A stretch of DNA of 64,000 bases from Setoptus koraiensis (taxonomy: Eukaryota > Animalia > Arthropoda), in NCBI GenBank assembly GCA_048013815.1, contig CM106586.1:9734001-9798000 (forward strand), written 5' to 3'. Below the pieces are notes generated by a model that was not told the origin of the DNA, did not search any database, and saw only the letters and a list, made by a program, of their open reading frames with translations. Numbering within the stretch: position 1 is the stretch's first letter; every line of letters starts with the position of its first letter. The translations under genes were made by a program, and so were the position numbers. Shown here one piece after another: positions 11,033-24,500 of the stretch.

Positions 11033-13910
11033 CGACGAAAGTGACTTTTAACGCGCAGCGTGCCGGCGACACGTTGATACGGGTATCAGTTGCACGTGTT
11101 GCCAGTTTGTGGCTGCTGGGCGCCAGCCGCCAGTTTGACTCCGATTTTGTCAGACGCTGACGCGCCAGAGATTTTGTCGGCCCGTCGGCCGGCCCGCTCA
11201 CAACAAACTCTGTTGCACAACAAACTCGGTTGCACAGCAAACTCCGTTGCACAACAAACTCTGTTGCGCAAAGTGAGAGGTATGAGATTTTTGGCGCGTG
11301 TCAAACGGGCCCGATTTGATTCATGTCATGAATGTCGGGGGCGCACGAAAGCCGAAACCGACCCGGGCGACGGGCCCGACTTTCGAGTCAATTGTCAAAT
11401 TGACGTCTCAGCCGATGACGCGCCTGTCAGTGCGGGCCCGATCGGATGGCGCCCGATCGACACAATCAGTGCGCTGCAATGAACCCGACGCGACACAGCG
11501 CGGACTCCGCTGAGCGCGCTGGCGACAGGAAACGAGTGCAAATTGGGCGAGCGCCCACAATTTTGTGAGCCAACTTTCTCTGGCCAACAGACCGGCCACT
11601 TTCTCCAATGTCGTCCCGCGTCGCGCCAGATTGATGGGCCGCCGGCCAAAATAATGAATAAACTAGCGGGCCGTCGCGCCCGTCGCGGGCCCCAAATGAA
11701 GATAAATGCAAATTAACGTCCGCGGCGGCTTATACGCGGTGCGCGTGTGATTAGGCGACAATTCAGTTGGCGCAGTGGCTCCGCTGGCGCCCGTTCACTG
11801 GACCATGCCCGGCCCGCTGACCGGGTCCGCTGACGGCCCGTTACTGGGCGCCATTGTGTGTGCTCTAATTTATTTCAAACTTGTATTAGCCGCCGCTCTC
11901 GCGCCATATCGCGCCCCCATCGGCGCGGCGAACGGGCCCCACTGTGCACTTTGCAACACACGACGGATATATGAGTTGTCGCTCTGGCCGCCAGAGCGTC
12001 TGGCGTATTTATGTGCGGCGCAATCAACGTTGCGCGATGATTTGCAGGCGCCCGCCGAAATAAATGGGCCCAAAATTGATGTGCGCACGCCGGAGCGCTG
12101 GCAATTTCGCGGCGCGGCGCGGCCCGTCTTGATCGCGCGCATTGTGCGGGCCGGCTCGCGTACGGGGCCGCCAACAGGCGGACAATGGGGGATTACGGCG
12201 TGATTCATTCGCTGGCGCTGGCGCGCCCGTCGCGGCCCGATGTCTGAGACGCGCCGGGCCCCGACAAGAAGCCAATCGCGTCGCGAACAATCGCCCGAGC
12301 GCCGAACTTGGAACTTGGAGCGCCGACGCCGAACGCTCGACGCTCGAATGTCGGAGCAAGGCGGCGGCAGCGATGTGTTGACGTGCCCGCCCGAGCGCGG
12401 GGCTGCACGTGTTACCACGCGCTGTCACTCACCGGGGCCCCGGTGACATTTGTCGGCAAGTGTGGCGCTGCCAGCGCACTCCAAGTCGCAACGACTCGAA
12501 GCGAATGGCAACTAACTAACGAATGGCCCCCCCCCATTCGAATATTCGAACGCCGCGCAATGTCAGCGCAATCTTGCGGGCCCAGCCAACCGATGCGACC
12601 CCCGCCCCCTGCCTACCGACCCATCGCGAGCCGCTCGCTCGCATTGTCGCCCGACAAACATCGTGAGGCAATTGAATGGGGCCAGCCAATCGGCAAAGAG
12701 TTGCGCTCGGGGCCCCGCTGAGAGGGCGGCCCGAACGGCGCCCTTTGTTTGCGCGCTGGCTTTGGGCGGCCTGTTTGCTGTTTGCACTGCCTTTGAGAGC
12801 TCGGGTTTGTCGGGCCCATAGCGGGCGCGCCCGACAAACCGCAACGAGCAGCGGCAAAACACTGTAAACAAGCGGCGGCGACACACTGCAAACAATATTT
12901 GCGCCGCGTCGAACGCCCTGTTTCGCGTGTCAATTAAACGCTAATTAGCGGCCCGTTTGGTCGGTCGGCGCGCCGCCGCGTCCGAGTCGGCGCAGCCGCG
13001 CACCACTCGTGCGGCGACCGCTCGGGCCGCTTGCACTTTGCGGGCTCGCAGTGGCGCCGACAAACGATGCCCGTCAATTGGCGCGGCACGGCGCGGTTAC
13101 GGGCCGTAACTTACGGCGACGGCGCTCGGCCGCAAACTGCGCGCTTCTCGCACGATTCTCGCACGATTCTCGCCGCGACAATCTCGCGAGAATCGTCAGA
13201 ACCGCCAGAATCTCGCGCCTCTCCCGGGCAGATCCGCCCGAGCCGATCCGCCCGCTTCGCCCGAGCTAAATCCCTCGTTGTGCCGGAGCGGCTCCGCTCG
13301 GGCAAGTTCGTACGGCGGCGCAGAGACGCCGCAGAGGAGCACGATTCAAATGACGACGATGAGCTGTGATGATGATAGATTGAGCAATAATTGCCGCGCT
13401 AATGACAAACAATGGTGCTCGCAATGGCAGTGTCGTCTCATGCGAGCGCCATCGGGCAACGCGCCAGCGACTCGGGATTTTGTGCGCGAATTAATCTCCG
13501 CTTTGCGCCGAAGCGGCGGCGCATTCGGCGGCCGTACCTAGCCGAACGGCGGCGACCATTGGAGTGACTCGGGTGATTCCAATCGATAAATTGGCCCGAT
13601 TCGATGTAAGGCGCCGCCGATTGATGCTTGTGCCGCTGATGCGGCCCGACGTTCCATCAATCATGGGCTCCATTGTTGCGCTGTCCGTAAATGTTTGTTC
13701 TTGCAGCGGCCGACGAGCGGCCGGCGACAACAGCAGCAGCAGCATCGATTGGGCGACCGACGACGACAACAGCAGCGAGCGTTTACTGCGCGCTGCCCGA
13801 CGACCATTGCGCAACCTATTGATGCTCCGATTCGAAGCCTTCGAATTCGAAGATGCGTCAATCGGACGCGAATTATCTCTGGCCGCTGTCGTTCGGCGGT
13901 TCGTTCGCTC

Positions 13911-14015
13911 GTTGTTTCAGCGCTTGTTTCGGCGCTTGTTTCAATGGTTGTTGCGGCGGTCGTTGCGACGGTTGTTTCAATGGTTGTTGCGGCGGTCGTT
14001 GCGACGGTTGTTGCG
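13911..14015. repeat. 12-bp/36-bp nested TTG-rich tandem repeat
   Basis: TTGTTTCAATGGTTGTTGCGGCGGTCGTTGCGACGG x2 plus shorter units. Confidence 0.9.
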
Positions 14016-14868
14016 CTGCGCGCCGGTTGCGGGCCGATCGGCGCACTTGTTACCGGACAATAAATAGGCAACAATCGTAAGCCAATTATTGTTGGCGCGG
14101 CCGGGCGGCCGGACCGACGGACCGAGCGACGGCAACAATCGATCGCTTGCAGTCGGCGGTTGCAAGTTGGCGAAACTCTTGATTGTTTAGCTCAGGCGGC
14201 GCGGAACAGGTTGTCGCGTCGGGCCGCGCGTCCGCCGTGTCCGTCGCTGGCGCGCAAGAGAGTGTGTCGAGGCGACAGTTTGTGTCCCGCTTGCGTCTCG
14301 TTTGGCCTTGTTTGTGTCTCGTGGCCTTCGAGTGGCAGGGTCGCTTGCGTCTTGTTTGGTCGCCGGTTGTTGTCGAGCTCTGCCCGCGCCCTGCCGGCCC
14401 GACGGACATTGTCGGCCCGGGACTGCCGGCCCGACTGACGAGCAGACCGGCGAGCCGACTGCCGGCGAGCGAGCGGTCGCCTTGCGTGCTCGCGATCGGC
14501 CGCTGCGAGCAATAACACACGAGATACGCAAGCGCAATGCAGGATGTTGCGTGATTAATGAACATGACCGTGATTATTATTACATAATGTCGGCCGGCCG
14601 GCAGTGCGCGTAGGCGTCGCTGGTCGCGACGCCGGCCGAGCCGGTGAGTGCTCGCAGCGCTCAATTGGTCAGCGTCTCGGACGGTGTCGTCGTTGTGCGA
14701 GTTGTGCGAGTTTTGCGAGTTGTGCGAGTGACAATTTCGCTGACAGAGCCGACGGATCGGAGCGAGCTGACAGCGCTCGACGAGCTGACAGTGGGCACGA
14801 AATTGTCGTTGCTGTTGGCGAGTCGCCGCTCGAAATCGGACGCATTCAATGGGCACTTTAATTGCGGC

Positions 14869-14975
14869 CGCGAACAACGACAACTACAACAGCGACAGCA
14901 CCGACAACTGCGACAACAACAACGACAACAGCAACGACAACAACTGCGACAACGATAACAACGACAACGGCGACA
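14869..14975. repeat. (CAA/CGA)n degenerate array
   Basis: Directly visible. Confidence 0.9.
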
Positions 14976-17900
14976 TTCAAATGACGCAGCGGACACTCGA
15001 GCGATCGCGAGCGATTTCGAAATTCGAATCGATTCGAGCCGTCGTGTCTGCGGGCCGCGCTGCGAAGGGCCGATCGCAGCGCGACGGCCGACGACGACGA
15101 CAGCGACCGAGCCCAGAGACGACACACAACGACGACACAATGCACATTGTGATCGCTGTCGAGCGAGCACTGGTCACTTTTGGATGTCGCCCGGATTGCG
15201 CTCGGGTCGCGCCCGGATTGCGCTCAGATCGCGCCCGAATCTCGCTCGGATCGCGCCTGGATTGCGCTCGGGTCTCGCCGGCCGCTTGTGCATTCGGTCG
15301 CGATCTATGCACACAAACTCATCGTGTTGCGTCATGCAAAAGATACAATCTTGCCTATGACATAACATTTGTTATGTAATAACTTTTGTGTGTGTGTGTG
15401 TGTGTGTGCAAGCTGGCAAGCTCGCCGTGAGACGAGCACAAAACGAGTGGCATGAGTAAGCCCAGTTAATGCCAATTGAGCAAGACCCGAAATGACATGA
15501 CTATCATTGTTGTTGTTGTTGTTGTTGTTGTAAACGGATTATTTCTGGCCAGCTCAATGCGTTTGCGAGCCGATTTTTACCGATTGTTGCCACATTCTGG
15601 CAAGACTGGACGTCGCGAGCATCGTTGCCGGCGTCGGCCGTTGTACAGCGAACAAACAAGCGCGACACCAGCGCCAACAACGACAAGCCCGACGCCGACA
15701 GCAACGACAGCAACGACAACAACGACAACAACGACAGCAACGTCGACGGCGCCGATCGCTGCAACAATTGAGCAAAAAAGCGCCAGCGCCAAACGAGAGC
15801 GAGCCACCGAAAACGAGCCAACGACAGCGAGCCAACGACAGCGAGCCAACGACGACCAGCCAACGACGACCAGCCAACGAAACGAATGAATGCGAACGAA
15901 CCAATCACCTGGCGGCCAATCAAATCTCGATCAGATCGCTCGATTCGAATGTGTCGATCGGCCGAGCGGTCGCAGCCCCGCCGACGCATCACAATGCCGC
16001 CGCAGCAGCGCTCAATGTCGCTCGGTGATGCGGCCGGCCATAAGTCACGCCGCTGGCTCCATTCAACTTGAACGAAGCAACTCGAATGACGCAACTCCAA
16101 CTGGATGCAGCCCGAACGGTGCAGCCCGATTGGTGCAGCCCGAATGACGCAACTTCAACGATGCAGCTCGGATGGTGCAACTCGAGTGACGCAACTGTTG
16201 TTCATTGGCTAGTCACTGCACTGTTGGCAGCAATCACAAATGAACAGCGCGCGGGGCACCTATAAACAGACAGCGAGGTAACCGCAGATCGGAGCGAGTT
16301 TGTTGCTGCGGCCGCCGCCGACCCACCGAGCGCCAGACCGAGCGGCCGATTGAGCGGCCGGCCGTCTGGCCCGACGCTCGCTTTGTTTGCATTCATGCGA
16401 TTGTGCCCGGCGAGCGATTGTGCGATTGCATAATAGCGCCCGGCGTTTCAATGCGCGCTGCTCGAATGAATGCGATCGGTGGCCCTGCGCTCGATTCGGA
16501 TTCGAATTCGAGCTCGAGCTCGAGAAGTGAATTGATTTCGATTCAATTCGCAGCCCGTTGGAGCTGGCAACGCTGCCAGTGGCCGCTTGCGTCGCTTCGA
16601 ATCGAGCCGGCGCTGCAATTGAAACAAACGCTGCCAAACTGAGCCAATTCGACGCCAATTCGAAGCCCATTCGAAGCCCATTCGAAGCCGAATAAAAGCC
16701 GAACGCTGGCGACAGCGCTGGCAAAAAACAGCCTTACAAGTGGACAACGTTTTTGCGATCGCTCCCTTGGCGTTCGCTCGCGACTAACACAATCATGCCG
16801 GCAACACGACGGATAAACGCGCTGTAAACGGCCCGGCGAGCCGCGTCTGTCTGTCTCAATTTAATGAAAGTTAATCAAATCGATGAGACGACGAGCGCCA
16901 TTGAGCGGGCCGGCGTCTCGCCAGCCGGCCGAGCGTTGATTCGAGCCGGCGAGATTGTTGTTGTTCGCGTTGTTTGTGCGCAGCGAGAAGAAAAAACGAA
17001 TTGCCAATCAAATTAGTCGCTGTTGGCACTTGTTTCTGGCCGCTTCTGGCCGGCGTGCGGGCCGACTTTCGACGGCCCATTGAGAACGCGAACAATCGAC
17101 TGGCCTTCAACTCGCAATGGCCGGCCCGACCTCGCGAGAGCCGCACGGGCGCCGTCGAGCCAGTGGCCGCGCCCTCGACTCGAGCTGCTCATCCGGCTCG
17201 GGCTGTGAGCCGCCCAACTGACCGCACACAGGGCCGGCCGACGCCTAACTGACCGACCCGACCCGACTCGAATTTGCCGGCGACGGGCCGACTTTCGGCG
17301 GCCCAAATCGAGTCGGGCCGGCGGCGGCCGAATCAATCATCGATCCGCTCGGCGCGGCCCGAACGTCCGGCGCGGACGAGCGGCGGCCCGGCTCGGGCAA
17401 GCGGCCGGGACGGTGCGTGCTGCCAATAGCAATTGCAGCAGCGGCAAGCGGCGGCAATTAGCAGCGTTGTTTGTGTGGCGAATTGGGCACCAAATGATTA
17501 GCTCATTAGTGTGCGCGAGTGCGAGCCGGCACGCGTTATCTTATGCCGGCGCTGGCCGCGCGTGCCGGCGCCTTGTTTGCGGGCCGCTCGCGCCAGCGCG
17601 TGCTGCCACGGCGAGCTGGCCAACGGGCCCGGCTCTAATTTGAATGAAACCCGCCACCGCTCCGCTAAAGTTATATCACATAACTCGCATGTATGTGCGG
17701 GCGCCCGTGTTATATCTTGTGCGGCGTGTATGGTCATCTTGTGATAACTATTATTCTGTCGGGTAGCTGTCATTGTGGCGGTCAGCGGCCAGCGGCGGCT
17801 AACGGGCCGGTGATAAGGGCACTGGGAGCGGCAATCATGACCGTGTAATGCGGTGACTGCATAATGCGGCCGGTGAGTCAGCGACTGACCGGCGCAAGTT

Positions 17901-19298
17901 GGCTCATTAGCGTCGCGTTGCATTGTGTTGCGCTCGTTGTTTGTTGCCGCAGCACGCGAATTAGACGCGACGGCAGCGGCCACTGGCGAGACTCATTATG
18001 CAAATTGAGCGCCGCTGCTCAGTATTTGTCATCATGCGCAATTATTGGGGCCCCACACTGCATACTCCATGTGCACTACGCGTGTGTTATGAGCATAAAC
18101 ATACTCGCGCAGAGCGCATTTGGCCGCCAAATTGTGGCGGCGATCTGCACGAGCAACGCGTGCCGTGGCGTGCCTCGCAGCCTGTGAGTCACAGGCCTGA
18201 TTGTGGCTGCTCGAGGCCGACCGGGCTGATTGGGGCCCCACAGTGGCCAGTCATTCCGTTACAAACTGTACGCATACACACTGTGCGTAATGCGCACAGT
18301 GGATGATATATAATAAGGATATGGAGGCGCGCGCGCAAGAATTGAAATATAACATGTGATCGGTCGGCTGCGGGGCCAGATAACTGTCAGCGGTGCCCCT
18401 GTTTGGCCCGCTATCGCGCCATGGATGGGGCCCTGCGATATGTCGTCGCCAGTTGGCGGGACCCGGCGCCAGTTGGCGGGCCGAGCGACAGAGACGGAAC
18501 GGCCTCATTGGGCAGGTGTCGCTTTCGCGCTCTCCAACTGACGGCTGGCTGGCCTGCAAAGTCGCCAGACAAATATTGTATATATATATTTGAAATGCAC
18601 CGTCGGCAAACATAAATATGGCGCACGACGTCGCATCGACTATTGGCGTCTATTGGCGCAAAATAAATATATTTGCGTCAACCGAACTCTGAGTCAATAT
18701 TTAAATATTCAAATGTTTCCTCTGCCGACTGGCGTCTCGGCAGCGCTGCCGAGACTCTCGCAAATCGCGCATATTTGGCATATCTCAAATGTCTCATATT
18801 GTGTGTCTCATCTCATGTGTCTCATCGTATGTGTCTCATCGTATGTGTCTCATGTGGCTGCACGGCTCAGACTGTGGGGCGGCCGTCGCTGCATTGTTGC
18901 AACTTGCTGCGCCCGCCAACTATGGGCGCCACCATCGAGCCCCAGCGAGCATCGAGCCCCACTAAACTGCATCGACTGAGACGAGCGATGTCGGCACTGC
19001 GAGGCCCGAGGTAAACTGACAACTGACTTGTGATCGGGATATTCACGGGTGAATACGGCAATGTGCACCGAGTGCATGATGGATGACGAGCGCACTGGCC
19101 ATGCAAATCGATTCCCGACGCCGAGGCGCATCCGCAAGCGGGCGCCCGTAAGCCACCCGGCGCAAGCCACGTATGAGACGTTATGCTACGCAAGTCGCCA
19201 TGACGCATCGCTAATATTATGTATAACTCATATATATCTATCGTGTGTGTCTCGTCATCGACATGCCGGGCCCGCTCCAGAGTTTGGTCGAGTCGCCA

Positions 19299-19400
19299 GA
19301 GCAAAAATAAGAGTGGCGAGAGCAAAAATAAGAGTGGCGAGAGCAAAAATAAGAGTGGCGAGAGCAAAAATAAGAGTGGCGAGAATGAAAATAAGAGTCG
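19299..19400. repeat. 21-bp purine-rich minisatellite GAGCAAAAATAAGAGTGGCGA, 4 perfect copies plus 1 degenerate
   Basis: Head-to-tail copies with no spacers. Confidence 0.95.
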
Positions 19401-19800
19401 CAAAAGAATCGGAATAAATAAAATTTGCGCTGCACCGATGGCGCCATCAGTTCATTGAACGGCTCAGTTCATATATTTCTGAGATGCCTCCAACTTGAAA
19501 GTTCCAAGGGGCCGATGGGGCCAAGTTGCGCAACAGACACACACGGCACGCACGCAAGCAAGCAAGTGACTCGCTCGCCAGCAACGCTGTGTGTTGCGCA
19601 ACAACTTGCTCGCCAACATGTTACTTGCACAATTGCTGTGCCTGATTCAATTACGTAACCTGGGGCCCGGAGGCCCCGTGTGCGTGCATTGTTTGTTTGT
19701 TTGCTGGCTGTTTGGTTGATGCGCCGCTGGTGCCATATTGGCTGCGCTTCAGGCCGTTCGAAACAGTTATCATTCGGAGCGGTTACCCTTCGACGACGGC

Positions 19801-19866
19801 TGCTTCGAAGTTCGAGCTTCGAAGTTCTGAGTTCGAGCTTCGAAGTTCGAACTGCGAACTCCGAAG
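19801..19866. repeat. 7-bp TTCGAAG/TTCGAGC palindrome-rich tandem repeat
   Basis: Directly visible. Confidence 0.85.
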
Positions 19867-21409
19867 CAGCCGTCGCCGGGAACAGCCGCGCTGCCGTGGG
19901 CCCACTCCGATGCCTGATTTGGCGCCCGGCTGCTGCAGCGAACGGCGGCCAGTCGCCAGTTTGCAGCGGCAGCCAACGCGGGTTCACTTTTGTGAAAATT
20001 CTTTGATGATGCAATTTTTTGCTTCGATTCATCCGAGTTATTCAAGCCACACACTGTCAGTCTATCTGTGCTGTGCTGTGCTCGCGAGCTTAATTACCGG
20101 GCCCCAGTCGGCGGTGCAGTCGGTGCATCGGTCGGGGGCGCAGTCGGTGCCCCAGTCGGTGCACGAGTTTGCTCGTGTCAGTGCACCGACATGAGAAGGC
20201 GAGTCGGGCAACGTGACGCCAGTTCATCCCTGGCTCAGCGTGCACCCAACGACCATCCGCTCGCCAGTCGGTTGCGTAATACGCAATGCGTATGAGTCGC
20301 TGGCGAGGATAACTCAAACGGAAAGGGGGCCAGCCAACGAGAGTAATGAATAATTCTTGTCTGATTCTTGCGGGCCGGCGGCGCGGCATCGGCTCGGGCT
20401 AAACGGCTCCGCCGGGCCGACGGTGCGAGCCAAATCGCGGCCAGCCAGCCGGCCGGCCCGACGCCCGCTGCCCGCTGCACAGTGGCGAGTATTTGTCGAA
20501 ATTGAGAGTACGAGAGCGCACCAAATGAATCAAGATTCGTCCACATGAATGAGCACACGCGCGCGGTCCCCAATTCGCCAACTTGGCAGCGCGCGTGCAG
20601 CCTCTCGCGTGCGCACCCAAAAGCCAGCCCGCGAGCCAGGCAAGCGGGCGCACGGGGCCCCCCAATCGCAAGTTCACACATGAATCTCTGGCAGGCTGGC
20701 TGGTGCCCGGCGCAATCAGTGGGCGCACACGTTAGACTGCGACAGTGTGCCGCTCGCGCACTGCACGCGAACGGGGCCCCAAACAAACTGATGCGGACGA
20801 CAATCACTGCCGCATTCATTATAAACAATGAATTTTTTCGCTTCATTCACCCCATTGTGCCGCCGTGCCCGGCGCTATTGGGTATTGCGGGGGCGGCGCA
20901 CCGCTCAGTGCCACTGCGGTAGTGGGCGCAATATTGCGCAAATACTGCGCCACCAAACAATATAATAATATATATATCATATAATCATAAATGCGCGCCG
21001 GCCGCCGCCAATACTGGCGCCCGGTGCCCGACATGTCCGTATCGCCGCACACACATATGACATGTATACATGTTGCCCGATTGCCGTTGTCCGGCTGGCC
21101 AGAAGGGGGGCCAGATTATCGCCGCGATTGCCCGTGTTGGCGCGATTGCCGACAGCGATGATCGGGCCGTGGCGCCCAGTTGACATTTAGTACCCGAAGC
21201 GCCAAGTGCCATGTAACCATGATGACACATAATGGCCATCGCGGCCATTGTGGCCGGCGTGTCATTGGCGCCGGGACGGTCGCCAGCGGCCGCTGACAAG
21301 CAAACATGGGTACTCCAGCGGCGGACCATATATCACCGTCGCGTCGAGCGCGCCCACTCAAGCGGCCACTCGCTCGTCTTGATTGCGCCCGTCTGACCGC
21401 ACACTGACC

Positions 21410-21595
21410 GCCGGTCACTTTTGCGCCCGTGAGCCGGTCGCGTTTGCGCTTTTGCGCCGGTCACTCTCGCACTTTTGCGCCGGTCACTCTCGCACTTTTG
21501 CGCCGGTCACTTTTGCGCTTTTGAGCGGGTCACTTTTGCGCTTTTGAGCGGGTCACTTTTGCACTTTTGAGCGGGTCACTTTTGCACTTTTGAGT
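21410..21595. repeat. CGGTCACTTTTGCRCTTTTG-type tandem repeat, about 8 degenerate copies
   Basis: Directly visible. Confidence 0.9.
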
Positions 21596-24500
21596 CGCAG
21601 GACGGCCAGCGGACACCGGCGGTCGCCAAAAGCCGCGGCTGACCGACCAGACGGGCGCCGACAGGGCCCGTGGCGATTCCCACACTTTCAATATTTTCGC
21701 AATATTTCCCAAACTGTGCAGGCAATACAAAATTGCCCAGAATATTTGCACAGTTTGGGCCGACATTTCAACTGTGGCCCGCATGCCGGCAGCGCGCGCC
21801 AGCAGCACGTGCAACTGGAACTGGCCGGCAAAACAGAGCCCGGCCCGGTTTGCCAGTGGGGCACACTAGGCGCGCGCCAGTGTTGGCAGGGGTTGCCCGA
21901 ACTGAGTTTGCCCGAACTGAATTAGAGCCCCAGGGCGACGTAAGGTCGATTCGGCCGGGGCCAAAGGGGGCCCGGCCAAATCGACGACGAACTGCCGGCG
22001 AACTGGCGCGCATCGAAAGCAATCGCGGCGAAAACATCGCTCCATTCCATTGTTTTGCAAGCGCGATTAGAGTTTGCAATTTTGAAAAGGGGCCCGTGCA
22101 GCTGAGTGCGCTTGCACGGGCCTCGTCGGCGGGCTCGATTGGGCCGGTCGGATTAGACGCTGAACAGAGTGAAGAGGGAAAGAAAAAACGCAAAAGTTGT
22201 TTAAATGTTCCGAAGCGCCAATTGCGTTCGCTGGCTGCTCGCGCGCCGACCCAATGACGCGATCTCGATAAAACTCGATAAAACTCTCGATAAAACTGCG
22301 GATAAACCGGGCCGACGCGGCTCGTCAAATAATGATAATATACTGCATGATCGGCTCAGCAGTCGGGTTATTGGGCTCGGCAGTCGGGTTATTGGGGGCA
22401 CACTCTCAAGCACGAGTGGCGAGCCTCGTGCGAGCTTGATTTGGGGCCAAAAGTAAATGAGCGAGAAAAACAAATGGATTTTGATTTTCAAGTGAATTGG
22501 TGGCGCCCATCGCGGCGAAGCGATGAAAGTGGCCCGACAACGGGGCCCATTCGGTTCACCGGTTACAGGGCCGAGCGGCGAGCCCGCATGCATTACATGC
22601 ATTACATACATTACATATATGCTTATAACGAGCGTTGGAATGGGGCCATAAGTTGAGCGCGATTTAAACGTTTGTTGTCAAACGTTTGTTTAAATGTTTG
22701 CGAGCTGCCAGGCTCAACTTTTGCGAGCTTGCGATGGCCAAAGTCGAGCCAAACAGACATAGGTTGCCTTGCTGGCGGGCCAAAAAAGTTAATAGACTGA
22801 GATGATAATAAATGGATCGCGTTCGCTTCGTTTGTTGTTATCATGTAGACACCATCGCAGCATTGCAATGGTTTATTTTAATGATGGCCACCGGCCTGCT
22901 ATCTGTTACATAATAGCACGAGTTGGCGCTCGCGGGGCCCGCCACTGACTCAGTGGCATTGAGCTGGTATGCATTTCGAGCTGGGCGACAGGCAGTCGCC
23001 TGTCGCGCGGCCCGGCCGCGCGGGCCGCCGGAGCCCGGCGGAATGCGAGGGAACGCGGGCGAAATGCGAGCGACGCCGGCAACCCTTCGGTGCCGTTCAA
23101 GCGGCTTCCCGGCGCCAGTGCGAGCGGCCTTGCTACCTGAGCTGGCCAACAGCTCGCCAGAGAGCTCGACAAAGGGCTCGACAGAGGCCTGACGAGCTGT
23201 CAGAGTCTGACAATGTCAGCGATAACTCGCCAAAGAATTGGCCAGAGCCGGCATTGGCGCCGCTGATGCCGGCAGCGCTGGTTTGGGCGCGCAATGCGCT
23301 CGTGTGTCGGTGTTGTGACGGCCACGACGAAACGTCGTTCGTCGTCGGCTGTCATTAACGATTGCGACTAATCAAAATGATCGATTGCCAGGGCCAATGT
23401 TGTTAAATGTTGTTGTTGTCCGATGTGATTGCTCATGCCACGCTGACTGGCGAGCGGCCGCTCGGGAGCCGGCCGGCGGCCCGACAGACAACATCGGCCC
23501 TGTTGTTGTCGATGCTGGTGTCGGCCGCTGTCCATTGTTGGCCTCGCGCGCAACTCGTTTTTGTCCGACCAGCAATCGCGCAAGCCAGTGCCATTGGCCA
23601 ACTCACGACGCCAATGACAACGATCTGATCTATCATGCTAATTAACGGGCGCCCACATTGCATAATAACAATTACGTACGATTACGCAAGTGCAAGTATC
23701 AGCGCAAGTGTTGGCATTGCTGGCCACTGGCGGACAAACATTGCATTTGCATAGTTGGCGCTATCGCCAATTTGCACAAGTTGTTGTGATCACGTCATCG
23801 GCTTGCAATGTCAATGGCTGGCTGGCTGGCCGCACTCGATCAGCTGATCTTGTCAGCCCTGATCGGCCGTATCAGCTGATCTCGTAAGCTCTGATTGGTC
23901 GTATCAGCTGATTAGAGCTCACTGTCAGTGTGTTACAGTTTGATTGATTATTGATTACCTGCGCGGGCACAACACAAAACAGCTGATTGCGATTCCGACA
24001 CTTGGCCGCTGTCACTGACAGTCGCTGGCCAACTGACAGCGCACACTGGCCAGTGACAGCGCACGCTGGCCAGTGACAGCGGCTCACACGGGCAACTGGT
24101 CAGTGGCTGGTTGCGGTCAGCAGTCAGCTGACAGTGACCACAACAACTGGATCACACACAGGTGACACAACGGCAACGGCAACTGCAACAGCTATTTGCG
24201 CGTTGCGCAATGGCAGTTACAATTGTTTGTGCATGTTACGCAACTGCGAGCATTCGCCATTGCAAACATTGGCCAGCGTTAATGTCGCCCGACAGGTGAG
24301 TGTGTCGCTAATGGGCACGCACTCAGGGCACAATGAGCGCCCCGAGGCTCGCTGTGAGATGCTCTCATCAGGGCGATCGTTGTCATGGCGATGGCCGGTG
24401 TCGTAATGAGCGTCATTTTGCTCGTCGTCACCCTTTACCGTCGTCACGTTGTCGGTCGCCATGTCGGTCGTCATGGTGATCGGCCAACTCTACATGTGTT

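Noticed and set aside
19299-19400. Possible CRISPR-like array
   Set aside because: Head-to-tail repeats with no unique spacers, no cas genes, eukaryotic context.
19801-19866. Heat-shock element cluster
   Set aside because: GAA/TTC spacing is 0-1 nt, not the nGAAnnTTCn geometry HSF requires.
22266-22292. CGATA x3 (BEAF-32/DREF-like)
   Set aside because: Arises from a 10-12 bp tandem repeat, has no full TATCGATA, and BEAF-32 is dipteran-restricted.
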